This document shows positions 36,830 through 48,817 of a DNA stretch of 64,000 bases, one piece after another. The position numbers and the translations under genes were made by a program. Source of the stretch: Camelus ferus (Eukaryota). Where the stretch lies: the NCBI RefSeq assembly GCF_009834535.1, contig NC_045705.1:50468001-50532000 (forward strand), read 5' to 3'. The notes beneath the pieces were generated by a model. It searched no databases. It had not been told where the DNA came from and was given only the letters and a program-made list of their open reading frames with translations. Every line of letters starts with the position of its first letter. The first letter of the stretch is position 1.

Positions 36830-38074
36830 AAGAGTACCTACAAAAATAATCTACAGCAACCACTGAATGTGGTGAAATATAAGCCCTCAGATATTAGCTT
36901 TACAAACCATGATGTGCCCTCTCACCACTTCTATTTCACATTGTGTAGGAGGTCCCGGGCAGTACAATAAGGAAAGAAAATTAAGTAAAAGGTATACAAA
37001 CTAGAAAGGAAGATATCAAACTGTCTTTATTTGCAGACAAAATGATTATCTATGCAGAGTATCTCACAGAAAAAGCTACTAGAATAATAAGTGAGTTTAG
37101 CAAGGACAATATAAAAAGTCAATTGTGTTTCTATACATTAACAATGAAGAACTGAAAATCAAAATTAAGAAAGACATTCCATTTACAATAGCAACAACCA
37201 AAAAAAGAAATTCTAAAGTGATACAAAATATGTGTAGGACCTACACACTGAAAACTAAGAAAACCTACATAAATTGAGAGATATTCCATTTCCATTGATT
37301 GAAAGACTCAGTAGGTATCCATTTTTCCCAAATTGATCTATAGATTAAAAGCAATCTCAGTCAAAATTCCAGCTGGCTTATTTGGTAGAAATTAAAAAGC
37401 TAAATTTAAAATTTATATGGAAACACAGAAGACTTACTAGTCTAGCCAAAATAATTTTTAAGAACAAAATTTGAGGACTCCTACTACCTGTTTGCAAGAC
37501 TTACTATAAAGCTACCAAGATCAGGAGAGCATGCTGTTGGTGTCAGGTAAACACATAGTTCAACGGAACAGATTAGAGAGCACAGAGATTAAACCCACAT
37601 ATGTACAGTCAACTGATTACCTATAAAGATGCCACAGTCATTCAGTGGGGGAAGAAGAGTCTTTTTAACAAGTAGTGCTGTAATAATTGGCTATCTACAG
37701 GCAAAAAAACCCTTGACTTCTATTTACTATAAAAATTAATTAAAATTGGATTATAGACTCAAGCCTCAAAGCTAAAAGCTGTAAAACTGAAAAAACAGGA
37801 GAAAGTCTTAGTGACTTTGGGTTTAGAAAGATTTCTTAGAAATAACTCAAATTATTTTAAAAAAATTTAAGTTTGACTTCATCAAATTAAAATCTTCTAT
37901 TCTTTGGATGATGATGAAACTGATGAGACAGTCTACTAAGTGGGAGGGAATATTTGCAAGCACACAGATAAAGGACTCACATCCATAACTGTTAAGAACT
38001 CTGATTAAATAGAAGGCTTTAGTATGTTCTTAGAAGACTCAGTATTCTCAAGTAATCAAATGTCTCTAATCATT

Positions 38075-38211
38075 TTGTTTGTTTGTTTTGGGGGGGAAGT
38101 AATTTATTTATTTAATTAATTTATATATAGTTTAGTGGAGGTACAAGGGATTGAACCCAGGACCTCGTGCATGCTAAGCATGCATTCTTCCACTTCAGCT
38201 ATACCCTCCCC
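38075..38211 (-). mobile_element. Vic-1-type SINE
   Basis: gggattgaacccaggacctcgtgcatgctaagcatgc...cagctataccctcccc with an antisense tail. Confidence 0.9.
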
Positions 38212-38843
38212 GCCAAAATTAATCAATTTAAAACTGTATCATTTATAACTGCACACAAAAAAATTAAATACCAGGGAATATATGTAATGAAAATCATACA
38301 AAGCACTGACAGAAATTGCAGAAGTCCTCAGGGATGTATCATGTCCATGGATTTGAAGACTTAATATTGCAAAGCTATTAATTCTCTCCAATTTTATCTA
38401 GAGAGTCAATGTAATACCAGTCATATGTCCAGAAAATATTTTTGTGGAAATTGATGAATTGATCCTGTAAGTCATATGGAAATGCAAAAGGCCAAGAATA
38501 TCCAAACAATCTTGAAGAAAAACAAAGTAGAGGATTTACTTCAGACTGTGAAGACTTACTATAAAACCACATAATGAAAGCAGTGTGATTCAGGTGCAAG
38601 GACAGACAAACCAACCAGTGGAAGAGAATAGGAGGTTCAAAAACAAACCAGCCTAATTTATGACAAAAGTGTCACTACAATGAAGTGGGGAGAAAGGATG
38701 ATCTTTTTACTTAGTGCTGCTAAATCAACTGGATAACAACATGGAAAAAAAACAACCCTCACCCTACCTCACAGAATACACAAAAATCTATCCTACATTG
38801 GTTGTAGACTTAATTGGGAAAGGTGAAATAATAAAGCTTCTTT

Positions 38844-39298
38844 AACAGTGTTGTACAATAGAAATACAATATGAGCCACATAGGCCATTTAAAAATTTCT
38901 AGCAGCCAGATTAAAAAATGTAAAAACAAACAAACAAAAATGTAAAAATAAAACAAAATTAGTCTTAATCATATATTTAGCTCAAATTACAAAATATTAT
39001 CATTTAAACATGTAATCAATATAAAAATATTAATGAGATATTTTATATTATTTCCTTTATACAAGGTCTTCAGAATCTGGTGCGTATTTTACACTTACAG
39101 CACATCTTGGCTTAGATAATAAAATTTTAATGTTCAAAGTGAAATATAATTCTATCTAAAGAAAAAAAAATTTATACTGCTTCAGTTTTAAAATTCAAAT
39201 TCGTTAACATTAAATAAAATTAAAAATTCAGTTCCTCACTCACACTAGCTACGTCTCAAGTGTGAAATAGTGCCTACCATATTGGAAGCACAGTTCTA
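38844..39298 (+). mobile_element. MER33-like hAT-Charlie DNA transposon
   Basis: cagtgttgtacaatagaaatacaatatgagccaca...tattttacacttacagcacatct...taccatattggaagcacag. Confidence 0.8.
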
Positions 39299-39564
39299 GA
39301 AGGTACTATACAACAGTAACTTCATGACCTCAGAGTAGGGAAAGATTTCATAAACAGAATGCAAAAATCAACAATAAGGGAAAATATTGATAACTTTGAT
39401 TTCATTAGAATAAGTGCTTCTGCTTATCAAAAACATCTTTAGAGAGTGAAATAGTGAGCCCAAGTGTGGGAGAAGATACTGTCTTCTCCTGTCTGATGGT
39501 GTCTACTAAAGAAAACCATAGATACCTGAGCCCACGACCTAACAGTTCCACTCTCGGAAGGTAC

Positions 39565-40310
39565 TGACAGATTCTCTCTTCCACAAAACTCTAGCCAAGC
39601 TCCCTGAACCCTCTTCTTGGCTGGACCTCAACCTTGGCCCGTAACAACCAGAGTTTCAACACAAACAGTTTAGCCCACTCACCTTATCCTGCATTGAAAG
39701 CCTTAAACACTAGCAGTTTCTAACAGCTCAAGGCCACATCCCTCAGATGAGGAGGACCCAGTCCCCCTCAAGTACCTGCCTGAGAAAACTCAAGACTGAT
39801 GAATTTACTGTTGGTTTTAGCCAACACCTGTCTATTCCCTCCTGACCACCCTTTCTTGGAGCCTTTACTAAAAAAGACCTGCAATCATCAATCTTTCCTC
39901 TGTCCTTTTGAGATGTGTATGTATCTCCTGCCACTCTGGAGTGTTCTTCCCAAGGAACTGGAAGGCAGTCCTTTCAAATGCAATCTTCAGGATGGACAAG
40001 GCCTCTGTCTCCCAGTCTCCAAGGGAGGATGGAAGCCTAACCTCCACCACCGCCCAGTAGCAGACCCAGCTGGCCTGATCATCATTTACATGGGCCCACC
40101 CTGTGGAACCTTTCACTCCCTTGATTCTGCTGAGGCCCCCATTCAGCCCTCTCCCTACTCCCTCATTCTTCCTGTCGAACATCCAGCCACCTCTGTCAAA
40201 ATCAAAGCTGAGTCCGGTTCGTGCTGAACCCTCTTCCTTACTGTAACAATTACTCATTAAACTCTGTCCTTACCACTTTAACTAGTATCCAGCTTTGTTT
40301 ATCTTTGACA
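39565..40310 (+). mobile_element. ERV1-class solo LTR (MER39/MER34-like), 746 bp, with a 4-bp TSD
   Basis: TG...CA ends (tgacagattctctc...tttatctttgaca) flanked by GTAC at 39561-39564 and 40311-40314. Confidence 0.85.
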
Positions 40311-40567
40311 GTACTCAACAGAAAAGATATGTATAAGGTGCTGAAAGCAGCGTTCTTCACAATAAAAACAACTGAAAACAACCTAAGTGCCCAGCATCAG
40401 ACTGCACAAATGAAGAGCGGCATATTCATACAAGGGAATAAACCGCAGTGGTGGAAAAGAGGAAACCACTGCTACGCGTATCAACCTGTCTTCCCTCCCC
40501 CCACCACCCCCTGCATAATTTTAATGAAATAAGCCGGGCACAAAAGAGCATATACTTGGATTAGTTT

Positions 40568-41170
40568 TGTATTGTGGGAGCCATGAACACCATGTTGCAG
40601 CTTACAATAGCCCCCACTGATTATCTCACAGTTGTGTAGGTCAGAAGTTCAGGCCTGGCTCCACCGGTTCCCCTGCTCAGCATCTCACAAAGCTGCAGGC
40701 AAGGAGTCCACGGGGCTGGGGTCTCCTCTGTAGCTAAGGGCTCTCTTCCTGCTCATTCAGGCTGTTGGCAGGATTCAGTTCTAGTGGTTGTAGGACATGG
40801 GTTCCATTTTCTTGCTGGCTGTCAGCTGCCTGTAGCTCCTAGGGGCCTCCTGTCCATAAGCCCTCTCACAACATGACACTTTACTCCTTCAAGGCCAGCA
40901 GGATCAAGTCTTTCTCATGTTTTGAATTTTTGACTTCAGAAAGAGCCCAGTCCTTGTTAAGGGCTCACCCGATTAGGTGAGGCCTACCCAGAATAATCTC
41001 CCTTTTGATGAACTCAAACTCAATTGGTTTGGAACTTAATTACATTTGCAAAATCCCATAACCTAAGTACAGAAGTGAACGCCGTCATCTTCACATTCCC
41101 ACTGACACTCGAGAGGACGGGATTACACAGGGCAAGTGTGTGGACAGCCTGGGGCCCTTTTAGAATTTTA
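40568..41170 (-). mobile_element. MaLR LTR (MLT1E/MLT1F-like)
   Basis: tctcacagttgtgtaggtcagaagttc...ataatctcccttttgatgaactcaaa...cttaattacatttgcaaaatccc. Confidence 0.75.
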
Positions 41171-44100
41171 CTGACCACAGGCTGAATGATTAAATTTCTA
41201 TAAAGTCAAAACACTGTGAAAGTAATCGAAGATGAAAGAAATCAGATGGTAAGTACTTTTGTTGGGTGGCATTATATTTAGGAAGAAGCAGAAGGGAGGC
41301 TTCTGAGTGCTGGTGAAATGTTCCATTTCTTGATCTCCAAGGCGATTACACAAATGTGCCCCTTGCAAAAATCCATCAGTTGCATACTTAATATTTCTGT
41401 ATGTATTTTATACTGCACTAAATATTTTACACAAAAATAAAAAAGAGATGTTCTCAAGGTGTCTTGTTTAATTATATACAGGAATAATAATTAGCATTAA
41501 AACTGTATGTATAAAATTGGCGCTAGTAAGTGCTTGAAATCAGTTGATGCCCCTAAGTAACTTAAAGACTGAGGGATCTATGTTTACTATTTACCTGGCA
41601 AGATGTGTTATAAAAATAAGAAAAGTTAAATTTCAGCTGGCTCTTATTCAAGTGATTATAAATTGGAGGTATTTCCACTTGATCAAGCTTTGAAAGTTTC
41701 TCACTTTCCATGTCAGTACTGTTTTCTCCCTCTATGGCATGGAAGTGTGTATCTGGCAAGTTAAACGTGACATGAGCAGTGTAGAGTGTGTGTGTGTTGG
41801 GGGGGGGGGTTGGCTTGCCAAGAGCAAGGAAATAAAAGCAAACTAATGCATCTGATCTGAGAGGATAGGTAAAATCTGTACATTCTTAGGAAACTAACAT
41901 AAGAACATCTGAGGAACACAAATCTCTTCTATGTGAAGGGGCCAGGCACTATTTCCAGAGCTGGTCAGCCTTAACCTAACTCTACTCTCTGCACTCCAAT
42001 TCTGTTCTGAGCCAAGGAAGTCACACCATTTCCTAATGAATATAAATGAATGCAGCTCTTCATGATAAATAAATCAGGAAAACACATTTATCCCAACTTA
42101 TTCTAATCAGCACATACAGAAGCCATATAAATGTGATATAAGTGAACTAAAGGTTAATCTTACCTACAAATTTGATGCAAAAATCTTAAATAAAATATTA
42201 GCAAACAGAAGAGTATATTAAAACAATAAGGCATCATGACCAAATGGTATTTATTTTAGCAATATACGGATGGTTCAGTATCAGTGAATCTATTACATAA
42301 TTCATAACATTAATTAAACTATGCAGAAAAAAATCATACAATAATCTCAAAAGGTGCTGAAATGACATTTAATAAAATTCAACATCCACTTATGATTAAA
42401 AATACTTTTAATAAAATAGGACTACATAGCTATTAGCTATTTTCTTAAAATGACTAAATACATCTGGGTCAACCCAGAAGCCAGCACCATACTTTGATGG
42501 GAAAACATTCTTATTAATGAGATACATTCTTATTAAAGTTAAGAATATAATAAGGAAACCATTATCGCTACTTTAATGTTGTCCTGGAGATTATGGAAAC
42601 CAAAGAAACTAGGAAACAAAATAAGTTAAAGGTACACAACTTAAAAACAAGAGGTAAAATTATCATTATTTGCAGATGTTATGACTACATATTGGGGTAG
42701 GACCCAAGAGAAACCATTGAAAAACTTTCACAAGCAAAGAGAATTCAGTAAAAATAGATGGTGCAAAACTGCTATACGAGATCAATAAATTCCATATATA
42801 CAAACAATAGCAGGAAGATAAAATGGAAAATATCTTATTTATAATAGCAACAAAAATGAACATACCCAATAAAAAATATATAAGATCTATATGATTTCAA
42901 GTTTAGAATATTCTAGAGGGTCACAAAAAAGGATACGAGCAAATGGATAGGCAACTCATATCATAAAGTAGTAGATTCTTAACCAGTTAGTTAATCCCAT
43001 AAAAGTACTCATAGGATTTTTTTGGTACATAGACAAGCTAATGCTAAGGCCATGTGGAATATCAAACAAGCAAGAAGAGCCAGGAAAATTTTGAAAAAAA
43101 GATCAATAATGAAATACTCTTTCTACTAAATGGTAAAATATAAAAATTTTAAAATATATAAATATACAAAGGAAATAATGGTACTGACACATAACAGACA
43201 ACTCAATAGAACATAGTAGATGGTATGGAAATCAGTCCAAGTACAGGAATTTTACATATAATAAACATGTCATCTCACGTAAGAGAGGAAAAAAAGATGT
43301 GCTATTCACTAAATTATTTTAGGATAACCAAGGAGACATCTGAAAAAAAAAAGATTGGACCCATAGCTTACATTTTATATTAGGATAATCTCGATGTAAA
43401 TATATAAAAGTAAGAAAATCTAAAACAAACAAGACTAAAAGAAACTATAAGAAAACATTCTATAAACTTAGAAAAAGTTCCTTCTGAATTATTATATGAA
43501 GCCCAGAAGCCATAAAATGAAAAATTGCTACAACCACCATATAAAATTAAAATTTTATATGACAAAAATCACTATAAACAAAGTTAAACACAAATAAGAA
43601 GCCGGAAAAAGTATTTGTAATTTATACCAAAAGAAACGAGCTAAGTCTCCCTTTCAATAGAATCCCTCCATATCTTTAAGAAAAATATGAACAACCCAAT
43701 GGAAAACTAAAGACAGAAACAATAGATCACAGAAAAGGAAATACAAATGACTTTAGTATATGAAAAGATGCTCAATCACCTACCAGGCTGGTAAAGATTT
43801 TTAAAAAAAGTTGGATAACACACTGGTTAGCGCAGGTAAAAGGGCGCCCTCTCATACGTTGCTGCCGGAAGTATGAACCAGAACCACTTTGACAGAGGAC
43901 GATTTGGCAATATCTATCAAAATTCCCAATTCACATATCCTCCGTTCTTGAATTTCCACCTCTAGGAATTTATCCTACAGGTTAAATTCACACATATGCC
44001 AAATGGTCCAAGTTCCTCATTATCATAGCACTGTTTGCAATAGCAAAAGATTTGAAATACTTAAATTTCCCATCATAGGGGACTGGCTACAAGAAGTATG

Positions 44101-45788
44101 GTACATCTACACAATGGAATACCATGTAGCTATGAAATTAAGGAGAAAGTTCTGTATGTACTGATACACAATAATCTCCAAAATAAAATCAAAAGTTAAA
44201 AAAGTGCATTCAATACGCTAGCATGCTATTATTTGTGCAAAAAAGAAAATATATAATATGTAAATTTGATTATATATTCATAAATTTTGTCTGGAAGTAT
44301 GCTCGAGAACCTGATGATAATATCTGTCATCGGGGATAGGACTGGATGCTCAGGGACAGGAAAGGGAGATAGGGCTATTTATTTTGTGCCTTTTGTACCC
44401 TTTTATTTTGAGCCATGTGAATGTATTATCTATGAAAAAAATGCACAACACAAAGTTTATGATGTAATAAAAAGGGTGGACTTCAGCCTGCCCATGCTTA
44501 TCTTGAATTGGCTGAAAATAAAGTCTCTTGTTAATCTATATAGCTTTATGATTAAAGCACCAAAAGGGAGAAATAATTGTTTTGCTTGAAAACTGAAAGC
44601 TCCAAAATTAAATTTAAATTTTAAAAAAGTTTTTAACAATGAATAAAAACAAAGTTCTCAGCAATAGGGATGGTAGAATCAGTTTGTTTAAAGCAATCAA
44701 ACAAATATCAACGACAAAAAAAGAAATCATGTAAGTGTTTTCTCTAAGGATATGTCCCAATGCTTTGGCAAAGAAGAGAATGGGGTGAGAGATTACACAT
44801 TACTTTCAAAAAAATCTCCTTACTGTTGAATTATTCTGATTTGTTGATATATTAATTTTATAATTTGAAAAATTATAATCAGATTTAAACATAAAAGCCT
44901 AAGTCCCATTGGTAGCCAAATACACATAAATGTGTTAAAGCTAGTGATGAAAAAAAAAAGTTTAAAAGAGGCACCATTTTTTTTTTTGACTAGTAAAATA
45001 GCAAAATTTAAGATATATAATATACAACGCAGGTGACAGCATGATGAAAAAGGTGCTCTCATCATTAGCTGTGGGATATAAACTGGTGCCTTTCCCTTGT
45101 TTCAACTGAAATTTGTAACATGCTGTTGTAAGAAATAACATAGAGAGATCCTATGTAATCTTAACCCATGCAATTCTCTTTTAAAGCACAAGTTGTCAGT
45201 GTTAGTTAAAAGAATCTTTCAAAAATTCACATTTTTCAATCAGGAATCCCATTTCTTGGAACCTATGCTAAAAAATATAATTCAAAGGAAAGAAAAAGCT
45301 ATGTGCATAAAAATGTTCATTCAATACCATACATAAAATATAAATATATTCATATATAATGTATATATCAATAAGTTAAACCATAAGAAAATAGTTCATT
45401 AAATAATAACATATCCACTAGATAGAATATACTATAGCCGTTAAATCACATTTATGTAGACTATAAGGTAAGTGGCTTAATACCTATGATATAATGTTGC
45501 TTTAAAAAGATATAAAATTTTATATATAACTTAGTGAAAAATAATCATATGGACAATGAATGGGAAAGTGGTGTAATTACAGTTGATTCTGTGTCTCTTT
45601 CAAAACTTTCTATAACATAGTTCCAAATTTAACTTTTTCAGATTTTTTTCAAATTCAAGTTTTCCTACTTTTGTCAGAATTCAATTTGAGAAGCAAAACA
45701 AGGTGAAAGAGGCCTGCTTGTTAACCCAACAAGGGTAACTAGTTGCCCGGTTTGAACAGTAGACTTTTGTTAGGAAAGAGCCACTTAC

Positions 45789-47136
45789 TTGCACCTTTCT
45801 CCGGAGAAGGAGCATGGAGCCTCTGCCCCAGGCAGGCGCTGCTGACGGGCGGCACCAGCTTCTCCAGGGCCTGGGCACTGCCCACGGGCAGCACCTTCCC
45901 CTTGGGGCTGCCAAAGAGGTCTTGGAGGTCCTTTCTTGGTCTGGATACTTGGGGGAAACTCTCAAAAGATTTGTCTTTCAGTCTGAGGGAGGAGAAGAGT
46001 GAGGTTTTTTTCTTGGGAACCCTGGAAGCATCTGGGAAGGTCTCTTGCAAGCTCACTTTCTCCAGGAGTGTGGGGACATCTTCCATCTTGCTGTAGGATG
46101 GGGACACAAACGCAGGAAACATCTTGGATGGCCGGTTGGGCAAACTGTGGGTGCGGAGGGCAGGGTCATGAGGGCCCGGGTCCGAGGGCTGGGCAGCCCT
46201 GGTAGGGGGGGCGCCTAGGGAGAAGAAGGCTGAGGCCCTGCTTGCCTTGTCTTTCTTGGGGGACTGCTGGTCCCTGTCTTTACTGGAGCTGCTTTTCCAA
46301 AGGCTGAACGAGCGAGTGCCATGGGGTGGGCTGGTGGGCAAAGCCTTTAACTCTGACTTGGCCCAGACCTTCCTCCCACCATCGGAGCTGGGGAGGAGCG
46401 GCTCCAGAGACCTTCGGATGGCGTTTGCTATGAGCCTCAGTGGGGACTTGGGCGGGGCCACACTTCGCTCCCCTGGAGCCCGTTCGGCTGGGGTCCCCAT
46501 CTTTTCCTGAGCCTCTCTCTGGGCTGGCAGGGTCTCTCCCACTGTCCGAGGGAGTAGCAAGGGGCGGACTGGTTTCAGCGCACGGCCTCCTCTACCATTC
46601 TCAGCGCTTTGCTGGGAAAGTCGTGCCCCGGCTTCCAGGTGCAAGCTCTCAGGGTTGGAGTCATTCCAATCCAGGAGGCTGGTCTTCTGCTCCTGAGTGA
46701 GGACCAGCTTCTTTAAGCCCGACTTCTTCCCCTCTGCCAGCTCTGACCCACTCTCCTCTCCCCTCCTGAGTCTGGTACTCCTTTCTCCTGGGTCCTCTCC
46801 AGCCCTGGGAGACAGCTCTTGGTCTGGCAAGCAGCTGTCCTTCCCTCCCATGGGGTATGGACCTCTGTGGATGCTTCTGGAACCCCCGAAAGGGGCCCCT
46901 CCCTCCTGACACTCATCAGAAGCCATCTCTGCAGGGTCGGGTGGCCTGGGGCTGGCAAGGCTGTCTCCACCAGGTGTCACCAGGCAGTACTCTGCCCTCT
47001 CCAGCACGTGGTCATGAGGCAAATATAGGGGGATTTCCTTGGGTACTCCTTGGGCCCTGGCTCGCCTCAGAAAGATTGGGGTGGAAGGACTGAAATGATC
47101 CCTCGAGACCTGCGAGGGGGAGTTGTAAACTGTCAC
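45789..47136 (-). CDS. MICAL2: MICAL2/MICALCL large exon (1348 nt, phase 0 to 1), Pro/Ser-rich disordered region
   Basis: Core of the 481-aa ORF 45739..47184. Acceptor tttttgtccatcccctccag|GTG, donor GCAA|gtaagt. Strong match to human MICALCL ([37 protein letters not shown]). Confidence 0.97.
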
Positions 47137-48211
47137 CTGGAGGGGATGGACAAAAAGTAGGAGTGATTTAGAAATTCCTAGCATTTACTTACCTGAGGAA
47201 GACACATCTCAGTCCACAGCCCCCTCCATTCCTCTCTCCAGATCTAGACAAAAGGAATTCTACCTGGGATGATTTCAGAGGATCACTCTTCATTCTAAGT
47301 GGCTGCCTTGGAATGGGCTGGAGTTGGCCCAGAGCCCCCATATCAGCACTGATCAAAGGCTTTCCTGGGTGGGAGGCCAGAAGGGAAGGCAAAGTCACTG
47401 ACAAGTTCCTGGGCCAGTGAGGGTAGGGCTGGTCTGGCCCCTGTGGGTGGCCAGGCTCATAGGGAAGGACAAATACCCTGTGCCTGGCTTGGCCATGGTC
47501 CCTACTAATGGGCACATCCCACCCATAGGCATGTTCCTCCAACAACGAAGAAACCAGGGCTTCTTCTTCCTTGGAGACCATTAAGGTAAAGAGAAACAGC
47601 TACTCTTCCGGCTTGGAGCTGTGGTGGCAGGATAGCCTTCAGGATCTTCGATGACCCTTCTAAACCTGACTATGCCTCACATTTTGCACTGAATGAGTGG
47701 CCATTTCTAGCATGCAGGAGCTTGGTCCTTGGCAAAGAAAGAACATAGCAGACTCTAGAAGGATGAACTGTGCCCTGTCAGGAGCTCTGGTCATGGGACA
47801 GGAGCTTCACAAGAGCATGGACGTTTTTGTCTCGGGTGTTCTGCTTCCCAGAGCCTAGAACAGGGCCAGGCAGGTAGCAGAGGTGCAATCTTTCACACTG
47901 AAGGAGAGTCCAGCCCTGCCTAGACTCACAGCGATGCCATTTTCTGTTCAAGGGGGATGTTGCTTCCAAGGTTCTCAGCTGCTACCAAAGGCACCCTCAG
48001 TTCTGGGCCCGCCATCCTTCAGCTGCAGCTCCTCAGTGCCCTCCGTGGGGTCCTTGAGGGCAGAGTGTTAAGTCCTGGTGCCTCTGCCTCCCACAGTCCA
48101 GCCCAGATTCCATGCCCCTAAAGTCTGCTGAGTGAGTGAGTGAGTGGCTGGCTGAGAAGGAGCAGGGTGCACCTTCAGGAAAGGGCCAAGTGCATTTGTG
48201 CCATTTTTTTA

Positions 48212-48487
48212 GATTCCACGTACAAGTGATATCATATGGTATGGTTACCAGGGGGGAAGGGGGAAAGTATAAATTGGAAGTTTGAGATTTGCAGATACGA
48301 ACCACTATATATAAAATAGGTAAACAGCAAGGTCCACTGTAGAGCACAGGGAATTATATTCAATACCTTTTAATAGCCTGTAATGAAAAGGAACACGAAA
48401 AGGAATATACATATCTATAACTGAATCACTATGCTGTGCACCAGAAATTAACATATTATAAATCGATTATACTTCAATAAAAAAAAT
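48212..48487 (+). mobile_element. Short LINE-1 3' end with an inverted 5' segment
   Basis: 48212-48241 is antisense L1 (agattccacgtacaagtgatatcatatggt); 48242-48487 is the sense L1 3' end with poly-A. Confidence 0.85.
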
Positions 48488-48662
48488 TTTTTTTAGACGA
48501 AAAGGACAAGTAAAGAAGGGTGGACTCTTGGCAGAGCATCTCTCTGGCCTGGCTTGACCCTTGCGGTGACTAAGGGTGCTAGGAATCCAGAGTTCAGTGT
48601 GGAAGTGGGAGGAGCACAGGCAGCCCACCTTCCTAGCACCTGTGCGGCCCCCAGGCACTTAC

Positions 48663-48817
48663 CTGAGGCGGGGAGGTCCGATCCAGGCCTTTCCCCAGGA
48701 CACCAGCTGAGGAAGAAGATGGTGGGGAAGGCGAAGAAGACGAGGAAGGAGAAAGAGAAGGAGAAGCTTCCTTTGAGGGCAACATGGTTCTCTTGTTGTT
48801 TACTGTTGTTGTCAAAT
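48663..48817 (-). CDS. MICAL2: MICAL2 exon (155 nt, phase 1 to 0): (N)LTTTVNNKRTMLPSKEASP...DRTSPPQ; contains the classical MICALCL start ATG (48785-48783, ACCATG)
   Basis: Acceptor ttctttccctggcag|AT, donor CAG|gtaagt; matches human NKRTMSPPKDPSPSLPLPSSSS...SSPPQ. Confidence 0.93.

Larger units (their letters stand above)
31150..38040 (+). mobile_element. Old, long LINE-1 (5' UTR, ORF1 and ORF2 remnants; L1MC/L1MD-like), interrupted by younger elements
   Basis: A-rich L1 text with a decayed ORF1 (32.0-32.9 kb) and ORF2 remnants such as MYKASITLIPKPDKDIARKE (35135..35317). Confidence 0.85.
38213..45600 (+). mobile_element. Cluster of further old LINE-1 fragments (L1ME-like), antisense to the gene
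   Basis: Repeated, overlapping ORF2 and 3' UTR remnants at 38.2-39.5, 40.3-40.55, 41.2-41.45 and 42.1-44.45 kb; internal boundaries not resolved. Confidence 0.7.

Noticed and set aside
47189-47581. 130-aa minus-strand ORF ending at a perfect donor, considered as a coding exon
   Set aside because: In that frame the donor is phase 2, incompatible with the phase-0 downstream exon, and it has no match to MICAL2. Only the 51-nt sub-exon in another frame is retained as a hypothesis.
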